From: an uncultured bacterium
GTDB lineage: Bacteria; Patescibacteriota; Minisyncoccia; UBA6257; 2-01-FULL-56-20
NCBI GenBank assembly: GCA_963707865.1
Contig: OY970175.1
Span: forward strand, 144,748 to 208,747
Direction: 5' to 3'
DNA: 64,000 nt
Shown here: positions 55,983 to 64,000 of the stretch, one piece after another
Position numbering within the stretch: the first letter of the stretch is position 1
Layout of the letters: every line of letters begins with the position of its first letter
The notes under the pieces: generated by a model
Seen by the model: only the letters and a program-made list of their open reading frames with translations
Database searches by the model: none
What the model was told of the DNA's origin: nothing
Made by a program: the position numbers and the translations under genes

Positions 55983-57224
55983 ATGCTTATCGTCATACTC
56001 GTCATAATCGGCCTTTCGGTTCTCATCTTCGGCCACGAAGCCGGCCATTTTTTTGCGGCGAAGGCATTCGGCCTGCAGGTGGATGAATTCGGTTTCGGTT
56101 TTCCGCCGCGGATTTTCGGCATCCGGCGCTACCGTGGAACAAACGCCGTACCAATTGCCGTGGAGCGGGAAACTGCTGATATTGTGGAGCGGGATGCGGC
56201 AGGAGGCATCGTTGAAGAAACGATTACGGTTGAGCGCGAGATTGACGCCGCTGCGCCGGTTGCAAAATGGCGTTTTTTTTGGGGGGACGAACCGGCAGAA
56301 GGTATGGAAGGGTTGACGCCGAACGATACGGCATACTCGGTGAACTGGCTGCCCTTCGGGGGTTTCGTGAAGATAGCGGGGGAACGGGGAGAATTTGAAA
56401 TGGTGGAGCCAAGTGGCGCCTACAGAAAGGCCCCCGACACATCGCGCTTCCTTTATGCGCAGCCTATGTGGAAAAAGAGCATCATCATGCTGGCGGGGAT
56501 TTTCATGAATTTCCTTCTTGGATGGTTCTTCCTCTCGCTTACCTTGATGATCGGGGCACCGCAGGCGCTCGTCGTGAGCGGGGTGCAGCCGGATTCGCCT
56601 GCGACACAGGCGGGCATCATGGCGGGGGACGTGGTGAAAAATTTTACGAGCGCGCAAAGCTTTATTGATTTCATTAACATACGGCGCGGCGAATCAACCA
56701 CGATCACCGTGTTGCGCAACAACAAGGAAATTGATTTCAGCGTCGTGCCGCGGGTAAAGACGGCGCCGGGTGAAGGCGCGGTGGGCGTGGCACTTGCGGA
56801 GGCCGGCACCCCGCGTGAGGGATTCTTTTCCGCGTTCAAGGATGGCCTTGTGGATGCTGGGATCATTGCGTGGCTCACGCTCCAGGCGTTTTACCAGTTG
56901 ATCGTGCAGCTTCTTTTTCATGCCTCGCTCTTACCGGGCGTTGTCGGGCCGGTAGGCATCTTTGGGCTCGCGGAGGAAACAGGGAAGATCGGTCTCGTGT
57001 ATTTGCTCCAGCTCTTTGGGGTAATTTCGCTTAATTTGACCGTGGTGAACCTCATCCCGTTCCCAGCACTTGACGGCGGCAGGTTCCTCATGGCGATTCT
57101 TGAGAAAATAAAGGGCTCGGCGATTTCATATCGCACAGAAGCATGGGTGAACAGCCTCGGCTTCGCCCTACTCATTGTATTGATGGTCCTTCTTACCATT
57201 CGCGACGTCGGCGGTTTGATATGA
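55983..57224 (+). CDS. rseP: RIP (site-2) zinc metalloprotease RseP
   Basis: HEAGH zinc motif at the N-terminus, a PDZ-like insert, and C-terminal [17 protein letters not shown] (LDG motif). Confidence 0.85.
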   Translation: MLIVILVIIGLSVLIFGHEAGHFFAAKAFGLQVDEFGFGFPPRIFGIRRYRGTNAVPIAVERETADIVERDAAGGIVEETITVEREIDAAAPVAKWRFFWGDEPAEGMEGLTPNDTAYSVNWLPFGGFVKIAGERGEFEMVEPSGAYRKAPDTSRFLYAQPMWKKSIIMLAGIFMNFLLGWFFLSLTLMIGAPQALVVSGVQPDSPATQAGIMAGDVVKNFTSAQSFIDFINIRRGESTTITVLRNNKEIDFSVVPRVKTAPGEGAVGVALAEAGTPREGFFSAFKDGLVDAGIIAWLTLQAFYQLIVQLLFHASLLPGVVGPVGIFGLAEETGKIGLVYLLQLFGVISLNLTVVNLIPFPALDGGRFLMAILEKIKGSAISYRTEAWVNSLGFALLIVLMVLLTIRDVGGLI

Positions 57225-57234
57225 TACGGTAACA

Positions 57235-57663
57235 TTGTTGGCACAGCATAAGCCGATGGACAAGAACAAAAAACTTACCCCGGAGCAGTACCGTGTGATA
57301 CGCGAAGGCGGTACGGAGGCGCCGTTCAGCGGCAAATATGTGAACGAACACGCGAAAGGAATGTACAAGTGCGCAGCGTGCGGCGCGGAGTTTTTTTCTT
57401 CCGATACGAAGTTTGACTCCGGCACCGGCTGGCCAAGCTTCACCGAACCCGCGAATTTAGCGCATATTGAACTCCGCCCCGACGACGGCCACGGCATGCG
57501 CCGCACCGAGGTCGTTTGTAAGAATTGCGGCGCGCATTTGGGCCATGTTTTTGACGACGGACCCAAGGAGAAAGGCGGCAAGAGGTATTGCTCAATTCGG
57601 TGTGCTTGGAATTGGAAAGGACGGACAAAGAGAAAGATTAAATTTTTGTTAAAGGTTTATTGA
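57235..57663 (+). CDS. msrB: Peptide-methionine (R)-S-oxide reductase MsrB
   Basis: [24 protein letters not shown] ... [16 protein letters not shown] ... RYC. The last ~25 aa are atypical. Confidence 0.8.
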   Translation: MLAQHKPMDKNKKLTPEQYRVIREGGTEAPFSGKYVNEHAKGMYKCAACGAEFFSSDTKFDSGTGWPSFTEPANLAHIELRPDDGHGMRRTEVVCKNCGAHLGHVFDDGPKEKGGKRYCSIRCAWNWKGRTKRKIKFLLKVY

Positions 57664-57673
57664 CCTTTTTATT

Positions 57674-58027
57674 TTGAACGTTACCATGGAAGCTACAATG
57701 GAAAAAATTCCAACGGGCATGTTGAGTCCCGAGGCCGAGCGCTATTTCGGCACTCTTTTAGAGCAGCTCAACGGAAAATTTGATCAACTTTTGGAAGGGT
57801 TTTTTACCTTGGAAGCTGCGATGAAGCGACTTGAAGTCCGCATAGATCGACTTGAAGCGCGCATGGAATTTTTGGAGACGCGGATGGATTATGTTGAAAT
57901 ACAGTTGGAAAAGATCGGAAAAGAATTGAAGGAAATAAGAGTAGAGTTAAAATTGTGCGTCCGTCGTGATGAATTTTGCGCGTTGGAAAAGCGTGTGACA
58001 AAGATTGAGCAGGCGCTCGCGCAGTAG
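57674..58027 (+). CDS. Hypothetical coiled-coil protein
   Basis: Heptad-repeat-rich sequence (RLEVRIDRLEARMEFLETRMDYVEIQLEKIGKELKEIRVELK). Confidence 0.45.
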   Translation: MNVTMEATMEKIPTGMLSPEAERYFGTLLEQLNGKFDQLLEGFFTLEAAMKRLEVRIDRLEARMEFLETRMDYVEIQLEKIGKELKEIRVELKLCVRRDEFCALEKRVTKIEQALAQ

Positions 58028-58078
58028 AATCGCCCCTTACCCCTTTCCATATTTTGAAGTAGGCGGGATAATGAGGGT

Positions 58079-59260
58079 ATGATCCAGCGCGGGGTTGCTT
58101 CTTTTGGGCTTGATTACGGCCGTTGTCCGCCATGGCTTTTTGAGCGGATGGTGAAGCTTGGCCGCGAGATGGCGTATGTGCTCATTGCGGAGTATGGGCC
58201 GGATGAGTTTATCAAACGGATCGCCGATCCCGTGTGGTTCCAGTCGCTTGGTACGGTGCTTGCGTTTGATTGGAACGCGTCGGGGCTTACGACCATTCTT
58301 ACGGCAGCACTTAAAGAGGCTATCCGCGGCCATGAAAGGGACTGGGGCGTGTTCATTTGCGGTGGGAAGGGGAAAACCTCGCGAAAGACGCCGGAGGAAA
58401 TTGCGCAATGGGGCGAGCGCCTCGCGCTTCCCGTAGCCGCGGCGAACAATCTGGTTTACAACTCAAAAATGAGCGCAAAGGTGGACAGCGCACTCGTGCA
58501 GGATGGTTTCCAGCTGTACCATCATTCGTTCTTTTTCTCGCGCCGCGGCGCGTGGGCGGTCGTCCAGCAGGGGATGAACAAAGAAAAGCGCTCGGCGCGC
58601 CGCTATCATTGGTTCTCGGAAAATATAAATGATCTGGTTTCCGAGCCGCATTCCGGAATTTCCTCGCCGGTGGTCCTGAACCGCGTGCTGGACCTTACGG
58701 CAAAACGCAGTGCCGAGACGCGGCAAATTTCCACTGAGCTTGTACAGGCCGGCTACGCGACACTCATGAAAGATATCAAGCTCCTGCGTAAGTATTCCTC
58801 GCCGCTCTCGCAGATGGCAAAGTTTGAGAATAGCCGAGGGGAGCAGCTTACCTTGATGAACCTTGCAACGCGCGAGTTCAAATATCATCCGATGGTGCAC
58901 GAGAATTTTGCACAGAGCAAATATTTGGAAAAGATTCTGGCGAAGGTGACGGATCGGAAGCCCGCAAATTACGAAAAATTGATTGCCATTGAGGGCGTGG
59001 GGCCGAAGACCGTCCGGGCGCTCGCGCTCGTGGGCGAGGTGATCTACGGTGCAAAGCCATCCTACGAAGACCCCGCACGCTACAGTTTCGCGCACGGGGG
59101 CAAGGACGCGACGCCCTATCCTGTGGACCGAAATACCTACGACCAGACGATTATGATGCTTGGTAATGCGGTGCGGAAGACGCGGCTTGCGCCGGATGAA
59201 AAAAGGCGGGCGCTTGCACGGCTCGGGAAGAGAGCGGGGAGTGCGGGGCGGATGCTATAA
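58079..59260 (+). CDS. Hypothetical protein (DUF763-like), contains an HhH motif
   Basis: 393-aa ORF with IAIEGVGPKTVRALALVGEVIYG, a helix-hairpin-helix. No catalytic motif recognised. Confidence 0.5.
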   Translation: MIQRGVASFGLDYGRCPPWLFERMVKLGREMAYVLIAEYGPDEFIKRIADPVWFQSLGTVLAFDWNASGLTTILTAALKEAIRGHERDWGVFICGGKGKTSRKTPEEIAQWGERLALPVAAANNLVYNSKMSAKVDSALVQDGFQLYHHSFFFSRRGAWAVVQQGMNKEKRSARRYHWFSENINDLVSEPHSGISSPVVLNRVLDLTAKRSAETRQISTELVQAGYATLMKDIKLLRKYSSPLSQMAKFENSRGEQLTLMNLATREFKYHPMVHENFAQSKYLEKILAKVTDRKPANYEKLIAIEGVGPKTVRALALVGEVIYGAKPSYEDPARYSFAHGGKDATPYPVDRNTYDQTIMMLGNAVRKTRLAPDEKRRALARLGKRAGSAGRML

Positions 59261-59366
59261 TTGAGTTATTCAAGAGTCCCAATCAAAAAGCTGTGCGTAT
59301 TGCAACAGTTTGTAGTAACGGTGGGGCAATGGATACTGGAAAATATATGATATATAATGAAAGCAC

Positions 59367-59645
59367 ATGGACACTTTGATCCACGCCGACATTTTCTTTT
59401 TCGTGACGACGATTGCGGTGGTTGTCGTGGCGGTAGTCCTCACGGTAGTGCTCATTTATCTTGCTAAAGTTTTGAGCGACATCAAGAAGATTACGGCACA
59501 GGTGCACGAAGAAACCGTCTTGTTCCGCGAGGACTTAGGCGATCTGCGGACAGAGGTGCGGCGCGATGGATTCAAGCTACGGCATTTTATGGAATTTCTT
59601 GCGCGGTTCCGCCGCAAGAAGACAACCCCAAGGTCGAGAAAGTAA
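59367..59645 (+). CDS. Hypothetical small membrane protein (N-terminal TM plus coiled coil)
   Basis: 92-aa ORF with a hydrophobic N-terminus (FFFVTTIAVVVVAVVLTVVLIYL). Confidence 0.45.
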   Translation: MDTLIHADIFFFVTTIAVVVVAVVLTVVLIYLAKVLSDIKKITAQVHEETVLFREDLGDLRTEVRRDGFKLRHFMEFLARFRRKKTTPRSRK

Positions 59646-59670
59646 ATCAAAAAAATAATACAACATTGTC

Positions 59671-60078
59671 ATGAAGAAACGAACGAGAAGAATGGCGATG
59701 GAGGCCGGCGCGGGCGTTCTGACCGCCGCCGCACTCACTGCCGCGGCCGCGTATCTTTTGTCCAATAAGAAACAGAGGACAAGGGCGAAGGCATGGGTTG
59801 TGAAGGCAAGGAAAGAAGTGGCGAAGAACGTGAAGAAGGCTCGCCGGATGGGCGAAAAGGATTATCATCGCGTGGTTGCACGCGCGACGAAGCGTTATGC
59901 AGGATTGCACAATGTGAACACCGCGGAGCTCATCAAAGTGACCTGCGACATGAAGGATGAATGGAAGCGCTTGCAGAAGGACGCCAAGGTGCTTGCGAAA
60001 ATGGTGGGTGCAAAGGGTGCAAAGAAAGCGGTGAGGCCGAAAAGGGCTCACCGCGGGAAGAAGCACGACAAGAGGTAG
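59671..60078 (+). CDS. Hypothetical basic protein with N-terminal hydrophobic segment
   Basis: 135-aa Lys/Arg/Ala-rich ORF. Confidence 0.45.
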   Translation: MKKRTRRMAMEAGAGVLTAAALTAAAAYLLSNKKQRTRAKAWVVKARKEVAKNVKKARRMGEKDYHRVVARATKRYAGLHNVNTAELIKVTCDMKDEWKRLQKDAKVLAKMVGAKGAKKAVRPKRAHRGKKHDKR

Positions 60079-60103
60079 GAGAAGAGAAATGCAAGAAATA
60101 AAT

Positions 60104-60138
60104 CGCCCCGACATTCCGCCGGGGCGGTTTGTTTTTCA
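60104..60138. terminator. Bidirectional Rho-independent terminator between convergent genes
   Basis: CGCCCCG-loop-CGGGGCG 7-bp GC stem, with T-rich tracts on both sides (GTTTGTTTTTC on +, ATTTATTTCTT on -). Confidence 0.6.
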
Positions 60139-60142
60139 TCAC

Positions 60143-61381
60143 CTATTCGTACCGCAAGGCCTCTATGGGGCTCTTTTTTGATGCCTGGTTGGCAGGATAG
60201 ATGCCGAAGATGAGCCCTATGCCGGACGAGACACCGAGGCCGAGCGCCACGGCACTCCAGGGCAGAATGAATTGCCAGTTAAGTCCGTATACGTGACTTA
60301 AGAGGAAGGCCACCGCAAAAGAAATCAGGCCGCCGAGCGTGATGCCGATCACGCCGCCGATCGCAGTGAGGATAACTGCTTCAAGGAGAAATTGGGAAAG
60401 GATGTTGCGGTCGGTCGCGCCGAGCGCTTTGCGCAATCCTATCTCGCGCGTGCGCTCGGTGACCGAAACGAGCATGATGTTCATGATGCCGATGCCGCCC
60501 ACGACGAGCGAGATGGCCGCGACCGCGGCAAGGAAAAGCGTGAGAACGGTGAGGATCGTGCTTACGGTTTGCATGGCGCTTTCCTGGGTTTGAATGTAGA
60601 AGTCGTCCTTCGCGGGGTCAATGATGCCGTGATCGTTACGGAGCGTCGCCGTGATGTCGTCCGCGGTCTCGTTCACGGTTGTGTCACTGTCCGCTTCCAC
60701 GACCATTCGGTTGAAATAATTAATGCCGAAAATGTAGGTCTGCGCCGTCGTGTAGGGTACGAAAACCGACTCGTCAAAGTTTAGGAATGAAAGTTGTCCG
60801 GTGCTTTTTAAGACGCCGACCACGCGGAATGTGGTGTTCCCGACGCGTATTTTCTCGCCAATCGCCGAACTGCCGTCAAAGAGCTTCTGTTCCACAGTTT
60901 TCCCGATCACGGCGACGCTCGCCCGGCTTGCCACGTCGTCCACCGTGAACATTTCTCCCTCGTCGGCCGTGACGTTATAGAGGTCGCCGAAGAGTTCCGT
61001 AGAACCAAAGAGGGTCGCCTGGTACGTGTTCGTTTGCCACGAAATCGCTTCACTGCCGAAGACGATGGGCATCACGACCGCCGCGTGCGGGACGTTCGCC
61101 TTGTTTTCAAGCGCCGTAAGATCGCTGTCTTTCAGTGAGTTAGTGAAAGAGGAAAGAAAATCGGTAGGACTCGTTGGCTGCTTGCCCGGCACGATCGCGA
61201 TCGTGCGCGAGCCGATGCTCTGGATCTCCCCGAGAATAAGCCCCTGCGCGCCCTGGCCCAGGGACATCACAATGATGATGGCGGTGATGCCGATCACAAT
61301 CCCGAGGATCGTAAGAAACGCCCGTGACTTGTTGGTTGCAAGGCCCGCGACAGCCGTATGAGTGAGTTGGCGTAACTTCAT
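60143..61381 (-). CDS. ABC transporter permease, MacB/FtsX-like
   Basis: N-terminal TM, large periplasmic domain, C-terminal three TM helices with an FtsX fold. 412 aa. Confidence 0.85.
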   Translation of the reverse strand: MKLRQLTHTAVAGLATNKSRAFLTILGIVIGITAIIIVMSLGQGAQGLILGEIQSIGSRTIAIVPGKQPTSPTDFLSSFTNSLKDSDLTALENKANVPHAAVVMPIVFGSEAISWQTNTYQATLFGSTELFGDLYNVTADEGEMFTVDDVASRASVAVIGKTVEQKLFDGSSAIGEKIRVGNTTFRVVGVLKSTGQLSFLNFDESVFVPYTTAQTYIFGINYFNRMVVEADSDTTVNETADDITATLRNDHGIIDPAKDDFYIQTQESAMQTVSTILTVLTLFLAAVAAISLVVGGIGIMNIMLVSVTERTREIGLRKALGATDRNILSQFLLEAVILTAIGGVIGITLGGLISFAVAFLLSHVYGLNWQFILPWSAVALGLGVSSGIGLIFGIYPANQASKKSPIEALRYE

Positions 61382-62097
61382 TTTTCAAAGGTATCGGTCG
61401 CGCGACGGCGCTTTGCGACCCTTTCATCGAAGTCCAGCCGGCCGTCCAAAATATGGAGGATGCGCTCCGCATGTTCGGCCGTGTGCGTTTCGTGCGTGAT
61501 GAGGATGATCGTGTGGCCTTGTTCTTCGTTCAGCCGTTGGATCGTTTGCATGATGGCCTGTCCCGATTTTGAATCCAGGTTGCCCGTCGGTTCATCGGCG
61601 AAGATCACCTGCGGCGAGAGGATGAGCGCCCGGGCGATCGCGACGCGCTGCCGTTCGCCGCCGGAGAGCTGGGACGACTGGTGATGGAGGCGGTGGGCGA
61701 GACCCACCGTTTCTACGGCTTTCGTCGCCATCTCGTCCCACTGCGCTTCGGGGATGTCGGAGTAGAGCAGGGGAAGCTTCACGTTGTCCAATACGGTTGA
61801 GCGCGCGAGCAGGTTGAATGCTTGGAACACGAATCCCATTTTATGATTGCGGATGTGCGCGAGCTCGTCCTCGGAATACGCGGACATTTCTTTCCCGTCA
61901 AAAAAATAGGTGCCGCTTGTGTAGCGGTCAAGAAACCCGAGGATGTGAAGCAGGGTTGATTTGCCGGATCCGGAAGGTCCCATGATGGACACGAATTCTC
62001 CCGCTTTGATGGAAAGCGAAACGTCTTCTACGGCAACGGTTTCCGACCCTTCCTCGCCGTACACCTTTCGGAGTGACTTGGCTTCAATGAGTGCCAT
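61378..62097 (-). CDS. ABC transporter ATP-binding protein (MacB/LolD-type)
   Basis: Walker [10 protein letters not shown], signature [15 protein letters not shown], Walker [12 protein letters not shown]. Confidence 0.9.
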   Translation of the reverse strand: MALIEAKSLRKVYGEEGSETVAVEDVSLSIKAGEFVSIMGPSGSGKSTLLHILGFLDRYTSGTYFFDGKEMSAYSEDELAHIRNHKMGFVFQAFNLLARSTVLDNVKLPLLYSDIPEAQWDEMATKAVETVGLAHRLHHQSSQLSGGERQRVAIARALILSPQVIFADEPTGNLDSKSGQAIMQTIQRLNEEQGHTIILITHETHTAEHAERILHILDGRLDFDERVAKRRRATDTFEK

Positions 62098-62114
62098 GGG
62101 CCATGCGCCGGCGC

Positions 62115-63683
62115 TTATGATGACGTGGGCGACCGGAGCACGACCTCTCCTTCGTTCAACCCCGAAGCGATTTCAATATTGCCTTGCGTGTCGCGGATGC
62201 CGACCGTCACGGCGCGCGTTTCAAGCGGCTGGTTCGCGCCGTGATAGACCTGGACCGTGCGGCTGCCGTCGGCGTTCGTCACGACCGCTCGCTGGGGGAC
62301 GTAGATCACGTTCTCGTGCGTCGCAGTCGTGATGTCAATGTTCGCGGTCATGCCGGGTTTTACGTCCGCGCTAAGGGAGAATTGGAACGTGGTCTTATAC
62401 GTCGGCACGCCCTCAATCACGGTTTCACCGGGATCAATATACGTTACTTTTCCCGAGAAGGTTTGACCCTGAAAAGCGTCAAGAGTCATGGTGGCGGCGT
62501 CGCCCACGGTCACTTTGCCAATATCAGCTTCGGGGATATCCGCGTCTACTTCAAGGCCTTGGTCGGAAAGAAGAGAGACGAGCACGACCCCCGGCGTCGC
62601 GATTTCGCCGATCTTCGCACTTTGCGTCGTCACTATGCCGGCAACGGGCGCCATGAGGGATGCCTTCGCGATCTTCACTTGTATTCCTTGGACGGTCGCC
62701 TGCGCTTGTTCCACTTGCGCCTGTTGCGCCTGGATATCCTCCGTGGTCGGGCCGGCAATCGTTTTCTCACGCGCGGCTTGCAGTCCCTGGATTGTGATTT
62801 TTTGCGAAGCGATTTTTTGCGCGGCATTATTGACGCCATTCACCGCGCTCGTGGTTTCCGTAAGCGCCGCGGTGAGCGCGGTCTTGTAGGCATTAAGCGT
62901 CGCCGTGGGAAGTCCCGTCTGTTCCACGACGGCGGCGCTCGCCGTCGTGAGAAAATTGTTTACGACAGAAAGGTGTGCGGCGCCGCGCTGGAGCGCGGCC
63001 TCAAGCGTTGAGGTGGGGGAAGCGGCGTTGATGCCGCCGAGCTCCGTCTGCCACGTATTGAGCTCGGCACTTGCTTGGACTCTCTGGAATTGGACGAGGT
63101 TCATCGTTTGAGAGTCGTTGAGAATGAACGTGAGTTGCGGGTTCACGCTTTCGGGGTTGGAGAAAAAGGGAGCGAGTTGGTTGCGGACGGCGTCATTTGC
63201 CTCTGCATACGCACTCGTGAGTGCGCCCTCCACGTTCCCGTACATATTCACGAGGTCTTGTTCCGCCCCGTTTAGATTGGCCTGCGCGGTTTGAATGTCC
63301 TCCGGCCGTGATCCAATCTGGAGCGATCGAAGATTCGCGGTCTGGGTATCCACGTCTGCTTGTGCCTGGGCGAGCTGCGCTGCAAGGTCGCTCGTATCCA
63401 AACGCGCGATGGCACCGCCTGCGTTCACGTGATCGCCTACGTCGGCATTGACCGCCGCAATCGTCCCGCCGATTTCAAAAGCAAGGTCCACGCTGTGGAC
63501 CGGTGCGGTATTGCCCGTCACGCTTACAATTTGGACGATCGTGCCACGCGCGGCCGTCGCAAGCTGGTAGTCGGGATTTTTCGGAACAAACCACAGTTCA
63601 TAAACGCCCCATCCGAGAAGTAGGACTATCACTGCCGCCACGATTTTTTTGGTGGTGCTTAGCCGCGCAAGGAACGATTTCAT
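62115..63683 (-). CDS. Efflux periplasmic adaptor subunit (HlyD/MacA family) with extended coiled coil
   Basis: N-terminal TM anchor, biotinyl/lipoyl-like hairpin halves flanking a long Ala/Gln-rich coiled coil, C-terminal beta-barrel. Confidence 0.8.
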   Translation of the reverse strand: MKSFLARLSTTKKIVAAVIVLLLGWGVYELWFVPKNPDYQLATAARGTIVQIVSVTGNTAPVHSVDLAFEIGGTIAAVNADVGDHVNAGGAIARLDTSDLAAQLAQAQADVDTQTANLRSLQIGSRPEDIQTAQANLNGAEQDLVNMYGNVEGALTSAYAEANDAVRNQLAPFFSNPESVNPQLTFILNDSQTMNLVQFQRVQASAELNTWQTELGGINAASPTSTLEAALQRGAAHLSVVNNFLTTASAAVVEQTGLPTATLNAYKTALTAALTETTSAVNGVNNAAQKIASQKITIQGLQAAREKTIAGPTTEDIQAQQAQVEQAQATVQGIQVKIAKASLMAPVAGIVTTQSAKIGEIATPGVVLVSLLSDQGLEVDADIPEADIGKVTVGDAATMTLDAFQGQTFSGKVTYIDPGETVIEGVPTYKTTFQFSLSADVKPGMTANIDITTATHENVIYVPQRAVVTNADGSRTVQVYHGANQPLETRAVTVGIRDTQGNIEIASGLNEGEVVLRSPTSS

Positions 63684-63723
63684 ATTGTTAATTATACCAC
63701 ATTCCGATTGTCCACAAGGTCAC

Positions 63724-63753
63724 TTGACGCGCGCGGCTGCCATCGGCTATAAT
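63724..63753 (+). promoter_or_regulatory. Promoter: -35 TTGACG, 18-nt spacer, -10 TATAAT, followed by direct repeats TAACCATTTA x2 (63766-63775, 63783-63792)
   Basis: cacttgacgcgcgcggctgccatcggctataatag, then ttaaccatttaagcatactaaccattta immediately before the ATG. Confidence 0.5.
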
Positions 63754-63791
63754 AGTTAAGTATATTAACCATTTAAGCATACTAACCATTT

Positions 63792-64000
63792 ATGGATAAG
63801 ATTATTGAGGTGAAGAATCTCACGAAGCAATTCGGCGGTTTTACTGCAGTGAACCATATTTCCTTTGATGTAAAAAAAGGGGAAATTTTCGCCTTTTTGG
63901 GGCCGAACGGAGCAGGGAAGTCCACCACTATTAAGATGCTCACCACGCTTCTGCATCCTACGAGCGGCGTGATCACGCTCGCCGGCCACAGCCCAATCAC
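63792..64000 (+). CDS. ABC transporter ATP-binding protein, N-terminal part; continues beyond the window
   Basis: MDKIIEVKNLTKQFGGFTAVNHISFDVKKGEIFAFLGPNGAGKSTTIKML, including Walker A. Confidence 0.8.
   Translation, partial: MDKIIEVKNLTKQFGGFTAVNHISFDVKKGEIFAFLGPNGAGKSTTIKMLTTLLHPTSGVITLAGHSPI

Noticed and set aside
57235-57663. Possible frameshift at the MsrB C-terminus (atypical ...[14 protein letters not shown]... tail)
   Set aside because: An alternative frame gives ...RYC(I)NSVCLEL, closer to the family consensus. Neither frame could be preferred by eye. The catalytic motifs are intact either way.
1-64000. CRISPR arrays, integrons, prophage blocks
   Set aside because: No short direct-repeat/spacer periodicity, attC-like sites or phage structural genes were seen anywhere in the window.

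Overview
This 64 kb window looks like a compact, small-genome bacterium of the Patescibacteria/CPR type, roughly 55% GC with a few AT-rich islets. Most of it is tightly packed housekeeping genes: a heat-shock operon (hrcA-grpE-dnaK-X-dnaJ, with a CIRCE operator), the rpmF-nusB-rnc-smc block, rpsP-KH-efp, mnmA, dnaB, cysS, recR, ychF, glyQS, murA, ddl, mreB, holB, frr, rseP and an ABC/MacAB-type efflux set. The 16S rRNA gene carries multiple internal insertions and an unusual 3' end, and is followed by a receiver-domain gene, rplS, a LAGLIDADG endonuclease and tRNA-Leu.

The accessory or unusual content is:
- a fused glucose-6-phosphate dehydrogenase / 6-phosphogluconate dehydrogenase gene;
- an E1-like (ThiF/MoeB) adenylyltransferase plus GNAT-like acyltransferase two-gene operon of unknown substrate;
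- a Doc/Fic toxin with an HTH antitoxin in a low-GC islet;
- an intact IS element with perfect 20-bp terminal repeats next to murA;
- a tRNA-Lys nested inside a degenerate, split tRNA-Lys-like gene and flanked by a 27-bp RNA stem;
- large secreted/surface repeat proteins and a cluster of small proteins bounded by intrinsic terminators.

All calls rest on reading the sequence and the translated ORFs by eye. No database search was possible, so every family assignment is a motif-level judgement.
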